DNA of 64,000 nt from Candidatus Latescibacterota bacterium (GTDB lineage Bacteria > Latescibacterota > UBA2968 > UBA8231), in the NCBI GenBank assembly GCA_965248355.1, contig OZ252098.1:32001-96000 (forward strand), in the 5' to 3' direction. The translations under genes were made by a program, and so were the position numbers. The notes under the pieces are model-generated. The model was not told the DNA's origin and searched no databases. It saw nothing but the letters and a program-made list of their open reading frames with translations. Each line of letters starts with the position of its first letter. Position 1 is the stretch's first letter. Positions 1 to 8,933 of this stretch are shown here, one piece after another.

Positions 1-333
1 ATGGGCTAAATCAGGTATTTCCGCAGCCGGACTCAAATGGTACCCGGGCACTCTGCCGGATGTGGTCGAGCAGGCGCTTCGGCAAGCGGGGGTTGGCCTG
101 CAGGTTCTTGTACACCCGGCCTTGTGCGCAGTCATGACGGAGGAACCTGTTGCACTCAGGAATAGACGTTTCGGGGGCAGCGGGTCATCTTCCCAGTCAT
201 CGTGGACAAGGAATGCACTACAGGCTTGCCAGCACTTCTCGGCATGACTTGGAGACTCATACCCCATCCGTCTGGCAAAGCAATCAGGCTCCTCCTCCTG
301 TGCTCAAGCCGCCTCAGAGAACTCTCGAAGTCG

Positions 334-525
334 TCACACGTCTCGCCACCCGCATCGACTCTCGGTTGGGCTCAATTGCCTTGGCCCCGGATTCAGCAGG
401 GGCCGGTTGGATTCCCGTTCACGCTTGCGGAGCGCCTGAACAAGACGTTCAAGGTCATTCCCGTGTTCGGCAGCGTGGGCCATGCGGTGCCGGCGGACTT
501 CCTTGACAACTGGATCTTCAATCAT
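334..525 (-). CDS. Small hypothetical protein (MIEDPVVKEVRRHR...), of the type often encoded next to PIN-domain genes
   Basis: ATG at 525 preceded by GGAGGAG; D-P-x-V-x-E-V-R-R N-terminal pattern. Confidence 0.55.
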   Translation of the reverse strand: MIEDPVVKEVRRHRMAHAAEHGNDLERLVQALRKRERESNRPLLNPGPRQLSPTESRCGWRDV

Positions 526-567
526 CCGATACTCCTCCGAGCAAAACCCGCGCATTTGTTCTTGTCC

Positions 568-996
568 CTACCGCACAGAAAAAGCCAGCACCGCCCGCTC
601 CCCCTCCTCCCCACCCCGCCGCAGGAACCGCACCTGCAGCGGCGTCCCGAGGCGGATCTCCTCCGGCCGGGTGGTGTCCAGGCCCTCGATCCGGGCCACC
701 ACTCGGGGGCCTTCGTCGAGGGCGACGACACCGGTGCAGAAGGGGTTGTCGCGGCCGTAGCCCTCGGCCTGCAGGGCGGGGGTGGCCATGGCGATGCAGG
801 TGAAGGCCGTCAGGGTGCCGGTGCCCCGCATCTGCTCCCAGGCCATCTCGGCGCCGTGGCACTCCGGGCAGATCGCCCGCGGCGGCACGTACAGGGCTCC
901 GCAGCCGGCGCAGCGGCCGCCCATGAGCTTCTCTTCCAGAAGGAACCGGCCGAAGGAGTGGTCGGTCATGGCCCGGGTGTCGGACACGGGGCTCAT
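568..996 (-). CDS. DUF35-type Zn-ribbon/OB-fold protein (thiolase partner)
   Basis: CxxC...CPEC Zn ribbon then OB fold; ATGA overlap with the thiolase stop. Confidence 0.9.
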   Translation of the reverse strand: MSPVSDTRAMTDHSFGRFLLEEKLMGGRCAGCGALYVPPRAICPECHGAEMAWEQMRGTGTLTAFTCIAMATPALQAEGYGRDNPFCTGVVALDEGPRVVARIEGLDTTRPEEIRLGTPLQVRFLRRGGEEGERAVLAFSVR

Positions 997-2258
997 CTCC
1001 TCTCGAGGATGGTCACCGTGCAGGTGCCGCCGGTGCCGCCCAGGTTCTGGGCCGCCCCCACCCGAAGGTCCCCGTTCGGCACCTGCCGGTCGCCGGCCTC
1101 GTGGCGCAGCTGCTCCCACAGCTCCACGAGTTGCGCCACGCCGGTGGCGCCCACGGGGTGGCCCTTGCACTTGAGGCCGCCCGAGGTGTTGACCGGCTTG
1201 GGGCCGTCGAGGCGGGTGGCCCCGTCGGAGACCGCCTTGTAGCCCTCCCCGGGCTCGGAGAAGCCGAGGTCCTCGAGGTGGAGGATCTCGGCCATGGAGA
1301 AGCAGTCGTGGACCTCGGCCACCTGGATGTCGTCGGGGCCCATGCCGGCCATGCCGTAGGCCTCGGCGGCGGCGTGGCGGGTGGCCTCGAAGCTGGTCAG
1401 GGTCTCGGCGGCGTGCAGGCCGCGGCCGCTGGCCTGCCCCAGTCCGGCCACGTGCAGGGGCGCGTCGGTGAACTCCCGGGCCAGCTCCTCGCCCACCAGC
1501 AGGATGCAGCCGGCCCCGTCGCTGATGGGGCAGCAGTCGAAGAGGTGCATGGGCCAGGCCACCACGGGGTTGGCCCGCGGGTCGGAGAGGAAGTCCTTCT
1601 CGTCCTCCCATTCGGGCACGGGCTCGCCCCGGCTCCGGGCGCGCTCGACCTTGCCGTCCATGATCGTCTTGATCGAGGAGCCGTACTGGGCCTTCGGGTT
1701 GAGGGGCGCGTTGTCGTGGCTCTTGATGGTCACGTCCATCAGGTGCCGGCGGGTGGCGCCGTAGCGGTCGAAGTAGGCGGTGGCGATGGCGCCGAAGACG
1801 CCGGGGAAGGTGAAGCCCGACTGGCGCTCGTAGGGGATGGCGGCCAGGGCCAGGCCCTCGGCCACGTCGGCGGTGGAGCGCTTGGACATGTCCTCCACGC
1901 CGCCCACCAGGACCATGTCGTAGAACCCCGAGGCGATGGCGAAGACGCCCTCCCGGAAGGCGATGGCGCTGGAGGCGCAGGCCCCCTCGGTGCGGGTCGC
2001 CGGCTTGGGGATCAGGCCCAGGGCGTCGGTGAGGATGGGCCCCCAGTGGGACTGCCCGGCGAAGAAGTCGTTGCTGAAGTTGCCCAGGTAGAGGGCATCG
2101 ATGTCGGCCGGGTCGACGCCTTTGTCGACCGAGGCGAGCATCGACTGGAAGGCCTCGGTGAAGAGGTCCTTGGTGTCCCGGTCGGGGAACATGCCGAAGC
2201 GGGACATGCCCGCCCCCACCATGGCCACACCGCGGCCGAGCTTGCGTTTCTTTGCCAT
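993..2258 (-). CDS. SCP2-type thiolase / acetyl-CoA acyltransferase
   Basis: EGACASS catalytic Cys, EVHDCF and KGHPVGATG motifs. Confidence 0.92.
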   Translation of the reverse strand: MAKKRKLGRGVAMVGAGMSRFGMFPDRDTKDLFTEAFQSMLASVDKGVDPADIDALYLGNFSNDFFAGQSHWGPILTDALGLIPKPATRTEGACASSAIAFREGVFAIASGFYDMVLVGGVEDMSKRSTADVAEGLALAAIPYERQSGFTFPGVFGAIATAYFDRYGATRRHLMDVTIKSHDNAPLNPKAQYGSSIKTIMDGKVERARSRGEPVPEWEDEKDFLSDPRANPVVAWPMHLFDCCPISDGAGCILLVGEELAREFTDAPLHVAGLGQASGRGLHAAETLTSFEATRHAAAEAYGMAGMGPDDIQVAEVHDCFSMAEILHLEDLGFSEPGEGYKAVSDGATRLDGPKPVNTSGGLKCKGHPVGATGVAQLVELWEQLRHEAGDRQVPNGDLRVGAAQNLGGTGGTCTVTILERR

Positions 2259-2276
2259 TGCTGCTGCTCCTGTTGG

Positions 2277-3842
2277 TTAGACGACCCGCCGCTGCCGGCC
2301 CCGCCAGTAGGGCTCGCGCAGCTCGTGCTTGACGATCTTGCCGTAGTTGTTCTTCGGGATCTCGTCGACGAAGTCCACCGACCGGGGCTTCTTGTAGCTG
2401 GCCAGGTGGCCCCGGCAGAACTCGATCAGCTCCCCGGCGGTGGCCTGGCGGCCGGGGGCCAGGACGACGACGGCCTTGACCGCCTCGCCCCACTCCTCGT
2501 CGGGAACGCCGATGACGGCGACCTCGCCGACGGCGGGGTGCTGCACCAGGACCTCCTCGATCTCGCGGGGATAGATGTTCTCGCCGCCGCTGATGATCAG
2601 GTCCTTGGAGCGGTCCATGAGGAAGAGGTAGCCCTGCTCGTCGAGGTAGCCCAGATCGCCGGTGTGCAGCCAGCCCCCGCGCAGGGCGGCGGCGGTGGCC
2701 TCCTCGTCGCGCCAGTAGCCCTTCATGACCAGGTCCGAGCGCGTCACGATCTCCCCGGTCTCGCCCGGCGGCAGGGGCCGGTCCCCGGCGTCGACGATGC
2801 GCACCTCCACGTCGGTGCGGGCGATGCCGGCCGAGGACAGGCGCCGCGTCTGCTCCGGGCTGCCGTCGAGGATGTGGTCGCCGTGGGGCAGGTGGGAGAT
2901 GGTCATGGGCGACTCGGCCTGGCCGTAGAGCTGCACCAGGCAGGGTCCCAGCTTCTCCATGGCCTTCCGCAGGTCCTCGGCCAGCATGGGGGCGCCGCCG
3001 TAGATGACGGCCTTGAGCGAGCCGTGGTCGCGCTCGTCGATGGCGGGGCTGTCCACCATCCGCTTCACCATGGTCGGCGCCGCGAAGAGGTTGGTCACGC
3101 CGTGGTGCTCGATGTCCCGCAGAGCCTGCTCCGGGTCGAAGGAGGGCGACGGCGGGATGACGTGGGCCGCGGCCTTGCCCACGTTGGGCAGGGCGTACAG
3201 GCCGCTGCCGTGGGAGAGGGGGGCGGCGTGGAGGACCACCTCGGCGGTGCCGAAGCCGGGGCACATGTCGGCGTAGAACCCCATGGTCATGGCCAGCAGG
3301 TTGCGGTGGGTGAGCATGGCGCCCTTTGGCAGGCCCGTGGTGCCGGAGGTGTAGAACAGCCAGGCCGTGTCGTCGGGCTCGACCGGGGCGCTGGTGAAGC
3401 AGTCGGACCCGGCCGCCAGCAGCTCCTCGTAGTCGAGGGCGCCGGCGGGGGGATCGCCGGCGGCGACGAGGTGCCGCAGGTGGGGCAGCTCGGACCGCAT
3501 GGCGGCCACGGTCTCGCCGAAGGAGCCACCGGCGAGCACCACCCGGGCCCGGGAGTGGTCGATGATGTAAGCCAGCTCCCGGGGGTGCAGGCGGAAGTTG
3601 AGGGGGACGGCCGTGCACCCGGCCTTGAAGCAGGCGAACATGGACTCCAGCATCTCGGGGCGGTTGTGCATGAGCACGGCCGCCGTGTCCCCGGGCTCCA
3701 GTCCGAGGCGGTACAGGGCCCCGGCCAGGCGGTTGACCCGCCCGTCGAATTCCGCGTAGTCCAGGTCCTGCTCCCCGTAGATGACGGCCGGCTTGTCGGG
3801 GAAGGTTCGGGCCCCCTTGGTGAGCAGGTCGCCGATGTTCAC
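2277..3842 (-). CDS. Acyl-CoA synthetase (AMP-forming ligase)
   Basis: [31 protein letters not shown] and PKN..GK motifs. Confidence 0.95.
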   Translation of the reverse strand: MNIGDLLTKGARTFPDKPAVIYGEQDLDYAEFDGRVNRLAGALYRLGLEPGDTAAVLMHNRPEMLESMFACFKAGCTAVPLNFRLHPRELAYIIDHSRARVVLAGGSFGETVAAMRSELPHLRHLVAAGDPPAGALDYEELLAAGSDCFTSAPVEPDDTAWLFYTSGTTGLPKGAMLTHRNLLAMTMGFYADMCPGFGTAEVVLHAAPLSHGSGLYALPNVGKAAAHVIPPSPSFDPEQALRDIEHHGVTNLFAAPTMVKRMVDSPAIDERDHGSLKAVIYGGAPMLAEDLRKAMEKLGPCLVQLYGQAESPMTISHLPHGDHILDGSPEQTRRLSSAGIARTDVEVRIVDAGDRPLPPGETGEIVTRSDLVMKGYWRDEEATAAALRGGWLHTGDLGYLDEQGYLFLMDRSKDLIISGGENIYPREIEEVLVQHPAVGEVAVIGVPDEEWGEAVKAVVVLAPGRQATAGELIEFCRGHLASYKKPRSVDFVDEIPKNNYGKIVKHELREPYWRGRQRRVV

Positions 3843-3844
3843 GC

Positions 3845-4648
3845 TCAGGCTCCGATGGAGCAGGTCAGGCCGCCGTCGACCACCAGCTCGGCGCCGGTCA
3901 CGTAGCGGGCCTCGTCCGAGGCGAGGTACAAGGCGGCGTGGGCCACGTCCCAGGCGTCGCCCATCTTGCCGGTGGGGCAGAGTTGATTCCGGATCTCCAC
4001 CATCTTCTCCACGTCGCCCCCGGCATAGGTCTGGGAGAGGGAGTGGACGACCATGGGCGTCTCCATGAAGCCGGGCAGGATGGCGTTGGCGCGGATGTTC
4101 TTCTTCGCGTACTGCAGGGCGATGCTGCGGGTGAGCTGGTTGACGGCGCCCTTGGTGGCGCTGTACGAGACGTAGGGCACGCCCAGCCAGCGGATGCCGG
4201 CCACGGAGGAGATGTTGACGATGGCGCCGCCCCCCTGGCGCTCCATGTGGGGCAGCACGTGCTTGCAGGTGAGGAAGACGCTCTTGAGGTTGACCGCGTT
4301 GACGCGGTCCCAGCTCTCCTCGCTGGCCTCGACGCAGCCGCCGACCTCGATGATGCCCACGTTGTTGTGGAGGATGTCGATGCGGCCGTACTCGGCCAGG
4401 CAGCGCTCGACCATGGCCTCCACGTCGCCGCCGCGGCTGACGTCGGCCTCGTGGGACGTGCAGCGGCCGCCCTCGCCCTCGATGATGGCCCGCGTCTCCT
4501 CGGCGGCGGCCAGGTTGATGTCGGCGGCCAGGATGCGGGCCCCGTGGCGGGCGAAGAGCACGGCCGTGGCCTTGCCGTTGCCCCAGCCGGGCCCCACCGA
4601 GCCGGCGCCGGTGACGAGGGCGATCTTGTCCTTCAGGCGTTGGTCCAT
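3845..4648 (-). CDS. Short-chain dehydrogenase/reductase
   Basis: VTGAG..G..G Rossmann motif, NNVG, S..YSATK catalytic motif. Confidence 0.95.
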   Translation of the reverse strand: MDQRLKDKIALVTGAGSVGPGWGNGKATAVLFARHGARILAADINLAAAEETRAIIEGEGGRCTSHEADVSRGGDVEAMVERCLAEYGRIDILHNNVGIIEVGGCVEASEESWDRVNAVNLKSVFLTCKHVLPHMERQGGGAIVNISSVAGIRWLGVPYVSYSATKGAVNQLTRSIALQYAKKNIRANAILPGFMETPMVVHSLSQTYAGGDVEKMVEIRNQLCPTGKMGDAWDVAHAALYLASDEARYVTGAELVVDGGLTCSIGA

Positions 4649-4666
4649 CTCAGGTTCCTCCTGCCT

Positions 4667-7636
4667 TCATGGGTGTATCACGCGGACGACGTACCCATCT
4701 TCGTCGACCACCCCTATCGGCCCTTGGATGATGTCGTCGTGGAGATCGAGGCCTGGTCCCGCAACCGCCTTGGCGGAGCCTGGCAGGCGGAACGGATCGG
4801 CCTGGCTGACATCGACGACATAGCCGAGATCGGCGAAGGACTGGACGGTGATGGCGCTGAGAGCGGAACCGGCCCAAGGACCCATGATATCGCCCGTGAA
4901 TCTCCAATGGCTTCCGCGGGAGGTGACGGGCACCTTTGCGCCTGACGTGTAGTTCGTGCCTCCGGCCGCGTCGAAGGCCATTATGGCCAGGGGGCCGTTG
5001 AAGTGCGGGTCGGTTCCGCCACTATCCTGAAGAAAGCCGGAGTCATGCCACAGAGGCCCGAATCCCAGGGCATGCCCTATCTCGTGAAGGATCACCTGCG
5101 CAAAATACTCTCCACCCCGGGCCGCCAACTCCGTGTCCAGTATGATATTCCCCATATATGGCAAGGAGGAACCATGGTACCTCCTTGCCTGAATTGGGGA
5201 ATATCTGTCGCGTGTCCGGCACAAACCTGCAAGTCCCGAAGCATGAGTGAGGGGCTCGACTTCCACGAAGACCACAAGGTCATCCACCGTCCCAAAGAAA
5301 CGATGCTCCACCGGCAGGCATCGGATGGAGTTGTCGGGTACGGGAACATCCCGCAGATCGCCCGTAATGACTTCGGTCCAGCGACTTGCCATCTGAAGGG
5401 CGGCTGAACGGGTATCTGCCGTAACGGGCCCGACGAATACGAGGTCGATGTCGAACGAATGAGGATCCGGGGCCGGCAGTACCGTGACGGGAAGCTCTTG
5501 CGATGCGCTCCATCCATTGGGATCGGTCGCGGACACGACAACCGAAGAGTAGCCTTCTGCGCGGGGGGTCAAGGTTACTACGCCCGCGTTCTCTCGAAGG
5601 CCAACCAAGTGATCGTCATTCGACGTCACCGAGTACACCAGTTCATCGCCATCGACGTCCGAAAAATACTCCGTCACGTCCAATGTAGGCTTCGGGCCGC
5701 CCACTTGCAGGACCTGAGGTGGCATCTTGCCCTCGGCAACTGGGAAGTGGCCGTCGGATTCGGCGAACAAGACCAGCGGACGGCCGGTGCGAACCTCAAC
5801 GCCCGTGAACCCGCCTGGAATCTGGGGTGCATGGTCCAGGACAACATGAGTCGCACTTGACGAGCCGCTGGACGCCGTGACTTGGGCAGGAGTGCTAGCG
5901 GTGTCGCCGGCGCGGATCGTGAGCGAAGCAACAGACGCCGAGCCGTTGTGTACCGACAACGCTACGGTAATCTCGAACGGTGCTCCCTCTACCAGATGGA
6001 CGGCAACATCGGCGGGGCCTGGTGACAGCCGGTTGGCCGTGTCCGTGCGTTCAAGTTCGAGGGTGAACGCAAAAGGAGCACCTGGGTTGGGGGCCAGACC
6101 AAGAGTCTCGAGGTTGGCGAAGCCTGCGTACAAGCCGACGGGCAACTCGGAGATGGAGTTGCCGCCAAGCTTCAGGGTGATCAGGCTGGTCAGCCCGGCG
6201 AGAGGCGAGAGGTCCCTGACTGCGTTGTTTTCAATCTCCAGTGTGGTCAGGTTGGCCATGCCGGCGAGGGGTGTCAGGTCCGAGATGCCGTTGCGGTCGA
6301 GGTCCAGTTCGGTCAGGTTGGTCAATCCCGCGAGGGGTGTCAGATCCGAGACCCGGTTGTTATAAAGGTAAAGCGTTGTCAGATTGGTCAGCCCGGAGAG
6401 GGGCGTCAGATCCGTGATGGAGTTGTGCCGGAGATATAGCCTCTCAAGGTTGGTCAGCCCGGCGAGAGGCGTCAGATCCGAGACGCGGTTGTTATATAGC
6501 TGTAGTGTTGTCAGGTTGATCGCATACTCAAGCCCGGTCAACTCGCCAATATCCGAGTCGAGTGCGTAGAGGTGACTCAAAGCCGTCATCTCACTGGCGG
6601 TGATCGGGTCTTTGCGTGCCTTGCCGAGCTCGTTTGCGATGGCCGCGTGCAGTTTGGCATCGGGAATGGCAAGGGGCGTCTCCCCTCCATCGCCATCGCT
6701 GATCACTCCTCTGGCCTGAAGGGCCGGAATGTGGGTGTTGATCGATTGGTCGCTCAGCGGGTTGCCTCGCACATCTATCCAATTCCCAAGACCAAGTCCC
6801 GTATTCTCCACCAATGGTGCGATATCCGAGATGTTGTTGTTCTCGAGCCGCAGTTCGGTCAGGTTGATCAGACCGACCAGGGGCGTCAAGTCGGAGATTG
6901 CGTTGTCGCCTAGCCGCAGCCGTGTCAGGTTGGTCAGCCCGGCGAGGGGGGTGAGGTCCGCAATCGAGTTGCCGCCCAGCCCCAGCCATGTCAGGTTGGT
7001 CAGTCCGGCGAGGGGTCTCAAATTCGCAATGGCGTTACCGTTGAGCCACAGTTCGGTCAGGCTGGTCAGGCCGGCGAGAGGCGTCAGATCCTCAATGGAA
7101 CTGTGGTCCAGAGACAGTTCTGTCAGGTTGGTCAGGCCGGCGAGAGGCGCCAAATCCGAAACACCGATGCTGCCAAGCCCTAGCCGGGTCAGGTTGGTCA
7201 GCCCGGCGAGGGGCGTCAAATCCGAGACACCGATGCCGCCAAGCCTTAGCCATGTCAGGTTGGTCAGGCCGGCGAGAGGCGTCAGATCCGCAATGGAATT
7301 GCGGTGCAGAAACAGTTCTGTCAGGTTGGTCAGGCCGGCCAGAGGCGTCAAGTCCGAGAGATCATTGTTCCCAAGCCAAAGCTCGGTCAGGCTGGTTGCA
7401 GACTCGAGTCCGGTCAGATCGCGAATCCCTGAGTTTTGTGCGTCAAGGCGCCTCAAGGACGCCATCTCATCGACGGTGATCGGCGCCTTTCCCTCCTTGC
7501 CGAGTTGGTCTGCAATGGCCGCGCGCAGCCTGGCATCGGGGATGGCGACCCCTCCAGCGCTGACCAGCGGAGAATCGCGCCCACAAGCGACAAGGGCCAG
7601 CGCACCGAACAGGGCAAGGGTTGCTGCCTTGTCCAC
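4667..7636 (-). CDS. Lipoprotein with two internalin-like LRR blocks, Ig/cadherin-like segment and C-terminal zincin (leishmanolysin M8-like) metalloprotease
   Basis: Signal peptide with LVAC lipobox; 22-aa LTNLTxLxLxxNxISDLTPLAG repeats; HEIGHALG, SHW and DIM Met-turn-like motifs; GTG start at 7636 inferred. Confidence 0.85.
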   Translation of the reverse strand: MDKAATLALFGALALVACGRDSPLVSAGGVAIPDARLRAAIADQLGKEGKAPITVDEMASLRRLDAQNSGIRDLTGLESATSLTELWLGNNDLSDLTPLAGLTNLTELFLHRNSIADLTPLAGLTNLTWLRLGGIGVSDLTPLAGLTNLTRLGLGSIGVSDLAPLAGLTNLTELSLDHSSIEDLTPLAGLTSLTELWLNGNAIANLRPLAGLTNLTWLGLGGNSIADLTPLAGLTNLTRLRLGDNAISDLTPLVGLINLTELRLENNNISDIAPLVENTGLGLGNWIDVRGNPLSDQSINTHIPALQARGVISDGDGGETPLAIPDAKLHAAIANELGKARKDPITASEMTALSHLYALDSDIGELTGLEYAINLTTLQLYNNRVSDLTPLAGLTNLERLYLRHNSITDLTPLSGLTNLTTLYLYNNRVSDLTPLAGLTNLTELDLDRNGISDLTPLAGMANLTTLEIENNAVRDLSPLAGLTSLITLKLGGNSISELPVGLYAGFANLETLGLAPNPGAPFAFTLELERTDTANRLSPGPADVAVHLVEGAPFEITVALSVHNGSASVASLTIRAGDTASTPAQVTASSGSSSATHVVLDHAPQIPGGFTGVEVRTGRPLVLFAESDGHFPVAEGKMPPQVLQVGGPKPTLDVTEYFSDVDGDELVYSVTSNDDHLVGLRENAGVVTLTPRAEGYSSVVVSATDPNGWSASQELPVTVLPAPDPHSFDIDLVFVGPVTADTRSAALQMASRWTEVITGDLRDVPVPDNSIRCLPVEHRFFGTVDDLVVFVEVEPLTHASGLAGLCRTRDRYSPIQARRYHGSSLPYMGNIILDTELAARGGEYFAQVILHEIGHALGFGPLWHDSGFLQDSGGTDPHFNGPLAIMAFDAAGGTNYTSGAKVPVTSRGSHWRFTGDIMGPWAGSALSAITVQSFADLGYVVDVSQADPFRLPGSAKAVAGPGLDLHDDIIQGPIGVVDEDGYVVRVIHP
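6150..7430 (-). repeat. 66-bp coding tandem repeats (LRR units) in two blocks
   Basis: Recurrent GTCAGGTTGGTCAG.CCGGCGAG unit at 66-bp spacing, in frame within the LRR gene. Confidence 0.85.
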
Positions 7637-7692
7637 CCATCGCTTCCGCAGGCCGCACTTGGAGAGGCACGGCGCCGGCGACGATGGCGACC

Positions 7693-8928
7693 TTACGGCG
7701 CGAGGGCGTCCCACTGGGCCTCGGGATCGGGGTGGGGCTCGTTGACCACCTGTCTCTCGCCGTCGACGACCACCCTCCGGTAGGAGGTCTCCAGGTCCGC
7801 CGTCTCGTGCAGGACGAGGCCGTCGACGCGGCACCGCCGCGACCGCTGGACGATGCCGCGCAGCTCTGCGGGCGTCGGGGTCCGCTTTGCGAGCTGGCCC
7901 TGCCCGTCGTGAAAATGGCAGATCATGTTGAGCCAGGTGTAGAGCTTCTTGCCGTAGCGCGCCGTGGTGTCGCGCCAGACCTCGGCCACCGACGGGTCGC
8001 AGGGGTTGAGGCGGCTGGTCACCACCACCACCGCGTCCACCAGGTCCTCCCGGCACCACCGGCTCAGGTCCATGCGGGCCCTGTGCAAGCCGCGCCCGGG
8101 GTTCTCCTTCTCCGAGTGGCCGGCGATGAGGATGTCGGGCTCCTCCGAGGTGCTCACCCAGACGGGCAGGGACCCGGCCGCCTCGCGGACTTCCCTCAGC
8201 AGCTCCGTGTACGATTCGCCGCGGATCCTCTGCAGGCGCCAGGCCAGCCAGGGCAGCTCCCGGATGCGCTCGGGCGGGGCGTCGACCCCCGTCTCCTCGC
8301 ACAACTGCTGCAGCCAGGGCTGGTTGTAGCCGTACTCGTCGTCCTCGGCCGGCTCTCCGGCATGGCTGCGGAAGCAGACGAAGAGGCCGTCCACCCCGTA
8401 CTCCCGCACCTCCTCGAGGTGGTCGAGGTAGTATCGCCGGGCCTCCTCGTAGGCGTAGCAGGGGATCCCGGGGTGGTGGCTGCGGCCGTCGAGGCCCGCC
8501 CAGTAGAGATGGGGGCGCTCGTCGAAGAAGGGGGAGGTGTTGCGCACGCCCCAGTCGCGGACGATGTGGAAGTCCTGCAAGGTCGCCCAGGCGAAGAGGC
8601 GAACGTCGTGGCGCCGGGCGGAGTCGACGGCGGCCTCGAGGGGGTCCATGGCCGACAGCAGCCGCTCCCACGCCTCGGACTGGTCGGCCAGGCTCGGCAC
8701 GGAGCGGCTGCGGTAGAGCCCCCGGGCGCCCGCCAGGGTCCGCCAGAGGATGGTCTCGATGCCGCGGCGGCGGGCCTTTTCGAAGATCTCGTCGATGAAG
8801 GCGGGCTCGGCGGCCCGGGGGTCGTGCATGAGCAGCACGCCGTGGTCCACGGTGAGCACCACCTCCCGGTCCGGCGCCTCGTCGGCTCTCGCGCCCTGGT
8901 CCGGGGGATGGGCTCCGGCTGACGCCAT
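7693..8928 (-). CDS. Hypothetical protein, putative TIM-barrel glycoside-hydrolase-like
   Basis: Typical GC3-rich ORF; GIETILWR, YGVDGL and LVDAVVV patterns resemble GHL-type barrels. Confidence 0.6.
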   Translation of the reverse strand: MASAGAHPPDQGARADEAPDREVVLTVDHGVLLMHDPRAAEPAFIDEIFEKARRRGIETILWRTLAGARGLYRSRSVPSLADQSEAWERLLSAMDPLEAAVDSARRHDVRLFAWATLQDFHIVRDWGVRNTSPFFDERPHLYWAGLDGRSHHPGIPCYAYEEARRYYLDHLEEVREYGVDGLFVCFRSHAGEPAEDDEYGYNQPWLQQLCEETGVDAPPERIRELPWLAWRLQRIRGESYTELLREVREAAGSLPVWVSTSEEPDILIAGHSEKENPGRGLHRARMDLSRWCREDLVDAVVVVTSRLNPCDPSVAEVWRDTTARYGKKLYTWLNMICHFHDGQGQLAKRTPTPAELRGIVQRSRRCRVDGLVLHETADLETSYRRVVVDGERQVVNEPHPDPEAQWDALAP

Positions 8929-8933
8929 CGCCG

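Noticed and set aside
1-333. Possible gene at the window edge
   Set aside because: An open minus-strand frame exists but has no recognisable motifs, so it cannot be supported.
1101-3905. Long antisense and alternative-frame ORFs here and elsewhere (e.g. 9321-11933, the 5' part of 60898-63312, the 5' extension of 4667-8671)
   Set aside because: Shadow ORFs caused by high GC, overlapping genes with clear family motifs.
6150-7430. Regular 66-bp periodicity as a CRISPR array
   Set aside because: The repeats are in-frame LRR coding units with no unique spacers, and there are no cas genes.
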